Source: Squalus acanthias
Taxonomy: Eukaryota
Direction of reading: 5' to 3'
Length of the DNA stretch: 64,000 nt
NCBI GenBank assembly: GCA_030390025.1
Contig: CM059431.1
Location: 148,430,001 to 148,494,000, forward strand
A program made the translations under genes and the position numbers. The notes beneath the pieces are model-generated. The model did no database searches. It was not told the origin of the DNA and saw only the letters and a list, made by a program, of their open reading frames with translations. Below, one piece after another: positions 59,540-64,000 of the stretch (positions are counted from its first letter, which is position 1; each line of letters starts with the position of its first letter).

Positions 59540-62500
59540 AGAATAACGGGAGAGAAAGATGGCCGCGTGGAGACAGCCAGACAGGGGAGACAGTCCGGGG
59601 GAGAAAGACCGGGGGTGCCAGACTGGGGGAGATATTTTGGGGGATACAGACCGGGGGATAAAGACAGGGGAAGACAGATTGTGTGTGGGGGGGGGGGGGG
59701 GGCAGACCAGGGGAGACAGATGGGTGGAGACAGACGGGGTGACAGATGGGCGGAGACAGACGCTGAGGAAGGTGGGGTGGTAGAAAGACAGCATAACACA
59801 GACGGGGCAGACAGGTAAATGCGTGACAGAGAGAGACAGACCAGGGGAGACAGAGAGAGAGACAGACAGACGGGGGGGGGAGGGGTTGTGGGGGACAGAG
59901 GGTGCGAGACAGACAGAGAGGAAGGTGGAGGAGAGAAATACGGCATGACAAAGTCAGGGAAGACAGGCAAGTGGGTGACAGAAAGAGTGTGACTGGGAGA
60001 TACAGACAGGGTGAGACAGAAGGGGGCAGACTGTACAGGGGAGACAGACGGGGTGAGGCAGATGGGGGCGATGCACCAGGGGAGACAGACGGGGTGGGGG
60101 AGACAGACGGGGTGAGACAGATGTTGAGGAAGGTGGGCGTGAAGAGAAAGACAGCGTGACACAGTCGGGGCAGACAGGCGAGGAGGTGACAGAGAGAGAC
60201 AGACCAGGGGAGACAGAGAGACAAACCGGCAGATTGGGGAGACAGATGGTGAGAGATAGACGGAGCAGAAGGTGGGGGTGGGGATGGCAAAGTCGCCGTG
60301 ACACAGTCAGGGCAGACAGGCGAAGCGCTGACAGACAGATACAGACTAGTGGAGAAAGACCAGGGGAGACAGAGAGAGGATGACCGGGGGAGGCAGACCG
60401 GAGAAGAACATGAGAGACAGACGGGGGGTGACAGACTGGGGTGACAGACCGAGGGAGGCAGACCCGGAGAGACAGACCCGGAGAGACAGAGAGAGACAGA
60501 TGAGGGTGGCGGGGCGATACAGACCAGGGGAGATAGTCCGGTACAAGCAGAGAGATACAGATAGCGGGGAGACAGATCGGGGGAGACAAACCAGAAGGGA
60601 CAGTGAGAGAGTGACTGACAAGGCGGGGCTGGGGTGGGGACAGAGATAGAGGGAGACATGTGGTGGGAGATAGAGAGTGAACGAGAGTCCGGGTGTGGGG
60701 GGGGGGGGAAACACATCGACAAGGAGAGAGATGGTTAGAGACAGACTGGGGAAGATAGATGGTGGGAGACAAATGGGCGTGACAAATGGGAGGTACACTG
60801 AGAGACAGACAGAAACGGGAGATACAGACTGTGGTGACAGAGGGAGAGATACAGACGGGGAGGCAAAGGGAGAGTGCGATAGACGGGGGAAAACAGCTGT
60901 AGGTAGACAGAGAGAGAGACAGACAATGGTAACAGATGGGGTGGAGACAGACGAGGAGGACAGGTCAGGGGGTCAGAGAGAGCAACGGGGAGAGAGATGG
61001 GGAGGAGAATGTCTAGTGGATACAGAGATAGATCAACAGGGGGACAGAGAGAGACATACGGTGTGAGACAGCGAGAGAGATAAACAAGGGGACAGAGAGA
61101 GACATAGGGTGGAAGATAGAGAGAGAGACGACCAAGGGGACAGAGAGAACATAGGGTGGGAGTTAGAGAGAGCAAGACCAAAAAAGGGACAGAGAGAGCC
61201 ATCGGGTGGGAGATAGAGGAGAGAAGAACAAGGGGAAAGAGAGAGACATAGGGTGGGAGATAGAGAGAGAGAGATCAACAGGAGGAGAGAGAGAGACATA
61301 GCATGGGAGCGAGAGAGAGACAAAGAGGGGAACAGAGAGAGAGACATACGGTGGGAGATAGAGAGAGAGAGAGACCAACAGGGGGACAGAGAGAAACATA
61401 TGTTGGAAGATAGAGAGCCAGACCATCAGCGGGAAAGAGAGAGAGAGAAAAACGGTGTGAGACAGAGAGAGAGAGACGAACAAGTGGGCAGAGAGAGACT
61501 TAGGGTGGGAGATAGAGAGAGAAAGACCAGAAGGAGGATAGAGCGAGAGACATTGAGTAGGAAAGAGAGAGACAGAGACCAACATGGGGACAGAGAGGGA
61601 CAAAGGGTGGGAGATAGTTAGAGAGAGAGAGAGAGACCTACAGGGGGACAGAGTGAGACATACGGTTGTAGATAGAGAGAGAGACCAACAGCGGGACAGA
61701 GTGAGAAATAGGCTGGGAGATAGAGATAGAGAGAGAGACCAACAGAGGGACAGAGAGAGACATACGGTTGGAGCTCGAGAGAGACCAACAGGGGGACAGA
61801 GAGAGGCATACGGTGGGAGATAGAGAGAGAGAGATAAACTGGGGGACAGAGAGAGAAATAGGGTGGGAGATAGAGGAGAGAAGAACAAGGGGAAAGAGAG
61901 AGACATAGGGTGGGAGATAGAGAGAGAGAGATCAACAGGAGGAGAGAGAGAGACATAGCATGGGAGCGAGAGAGAGACAAAGAGGGGAACAGAGAGAGAG
62001 ACATACGGTGGGAGATAGAGAGAGAGAGAGACCAACAGGGGGACAGAGAGAAACATATGTTGGAAGATAGAGAGCCAGACCATCAGCGGGAAAGAGAGAG
62101 AGAGAAAAACGGTGTGAGACAGAGAGAGAGAGACGAACAAGTGGGCAGAGAGAGACTTAGGGTGGGAGATAGAGAGAGAAAGACCAGAAGGAGGATAGAG
62201 CGAGAGACATTGAGTAGGAAAGAGAGAGACAGAGACCAACATGGGGACAGAGAGGGACAAAGGGTGAGAGATAGTTAGAGAGAGAGAGAGAAACCTACAG
62301 GGGGACAGAGTGAGACATACGGTTGTAGATAGAGAGAGAGACCAACAGCGGGACAGAGTGAGAAATAGGCTGGGAGATAGAGATAGAGATAGAGACCAAC
62401 AGAGGGACAGAGAGAGACATACGGTTGGAGCTCGAGAGAGACCAACAGGGGGACAGAGAGAGGCATACGGTGGGAGATAGAGAGAGAGAGAGAGAGAGAG

Positions 62501-63880
62501 ATAAACTGGGGGACAGAGAGAGAAATAGGGTGGGAGATAGAGAGCCAGACCTTCAGGGGGACAGAGAGAGAAACAAAGGGTGGGAGATATATAGAGAGAG
62601 AGAGACCAACAGAGGGACAGAGAGAGACAAACGGTGGGAGTTAGAGAGAGAGAGAGAGACGAACAGGGGGACAGAGAGATTCATACGCTGGGAGAAAGAG
62701 AGAGAGAGATCAACAGGGGGACAGAGAGAGACATACGGCGGGAGATAGAGAGATATACCACATAGGGACAGAGAGCGACATAGGGTGGGAGAGAGAGAGT
62801 GAGAGAGAGACCAACAGGAGGACAGAGAGAGACATACAGTGGGAGATAGAGAGAGAGAGAGACCAACAGGGGGAAAGAGAGAGACATAGGGTGGGAGATA
62901 CAGAGAGGCCAACAGGGGGACAGAGAGAGACATACGGTGGGAGATAGAGAGAGAGACCAACATGGGGACAGAGAGAGCCATACGGTGGGAGAGAGTGAGA
63001 GAGAGAGGGAGACCAGCATGGGGACAGAGAGAGACATAGGGTGGGAGATAGAGAGAGAGAGAGACCAACAGGGGGACAGAGAGCGACATAGGGTGGGAGA
63101 TAGAGAGAGAGAGAGAGAGAGAACAACAGGGGGACAGACTGAGACATAGGGTGAGAGTTAGAGAGAGAGCGAGAGACCAACAGGGGGACAGAGATTGAAA
63201 TACGGTGGGAGAGAGAGAAAGAGAGAGAGACCAACATGGAGACATTGAGAGACATACGGTGGGAGAGAGAGAGAAATCAACAGGGGGACAGAGAGAGACA
63301 TACGGTTGGAGAGAGAGAGAGCCCAACAGGGGAACAGAGTGAGACATAGGGTGGGAGATAGAGAGAGAGAGAGACCAACAGGGGGACAGAGAGAGGGAGA
63401 CATAGGGTGGGAGATAGAGAGAGCGAGATCAACAGGGGGACATCGAGAGAGAGTTAGGGTGAGAGATAGAGAGAGAGAGACCAACAGGGGGACAGAGTGA
63501 GACATATGGTGGGAGATAGACAGCGACAGGCAATATGGGGAGACAGACCGATGGGGATGGAGAGGGATGGAGACAGCCTAGGTCGAGTCAGATTGTGGGT
63601 GACAAAGAGAGAGACAGATAGGGCGGACAGAAGGGGGGAGGCAGACGGGGAGACAGAAAAAATCAGTCGGATTTGACGCAGAGAGAGATAAACAGACAGG
63701 GCTAGACAAATGAGGTGACACCGACGGTGGAGACCGACGGGGGAGAGAGTCGGGAATTCCAGACCAGTCAGGACGAGAGCTCTGGGAAGACAAAGAGAGA
63801 GTCAGACGGTAGTGGGCAGACGGGGAAGATTGGCGCGGGACACAGTGTAAGAGAGGTATATGGGGGAGTGTGAGCGGGAG
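59540..63880. repeat. GA-rich satellite: degenerate GACAGA-rich tract, then a ~48-bp unit array (61000-63530) containing a 657-bp near-perfect tandem duplication
   Basis: Unit approx. GGGAGATAGAGAGAGAGAGACCAACAGGGGGACAGAGAGAGACATACGGT; blocks starting at 61204 and 61861 are almost identical. Confidence 0.92.
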
Positions 63881-64000
63881 ACAAACGGGGCTAGAATGAC
63901 AGAGGTTGAGAGCAATATTGAAAGAGGCGGGGGAAGAGTAATAAGAATTCCTCTGGTTCCTCGCCATATATTTTCAGGATACTGAACCCCAGCTTTATTA

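Noticed and set aside
59099..63967. Long ORFs of 239-395 aa
   Set aside because: Low-complexity satellite is open in several frames and on both strands.

Overview
This is eukaryotic DNA, very likely from a cartilaginous fish (shark or ray). I infer that from SacSINE1/Deu-type SINEs, shark-type CR1, L2, RTE, Tx1 and Penelope-like elements, and GPR139-like genes. Most of the window is decayed transposons and minisatellites, with one 500-N gap (2430-2929). Host genes seen: (1) one 94-bp minus-strand exon of an ABCG-family transporter (2018-2111), missed by the ORF track and with no other exons found in the window; (2) part of a plus-strand cluster of two-exon GPR139-like class A GPCRs. The cluster has an intact 300-codon exon 2 (8086-8987), a frameshifted paralogue (57970-58860) and three homologous promoter/exon-1 units (about 5.2-6.2, 25.1-25.6 and 55.2-56.2 kb), all three damaged. 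The two GPCR loci sit in a segmental duplication (about 3955-9620 vs 50117-59348). Their exon-2 paralogues are nearly identical in intracellular loops and most TM segments but strongly divergent in all extracellular loops. Each locus also has kappaB-like motifs upstream, tandem copies of the exon-1 splice donor, and a CpG-rich YY1-motif array just after the stop codon. The best candidate for an under-described system is this birth-and-death, extracellularly hypervariable GPCR repertoire. All family assignments come from motif recognition by eye; no database search was run.
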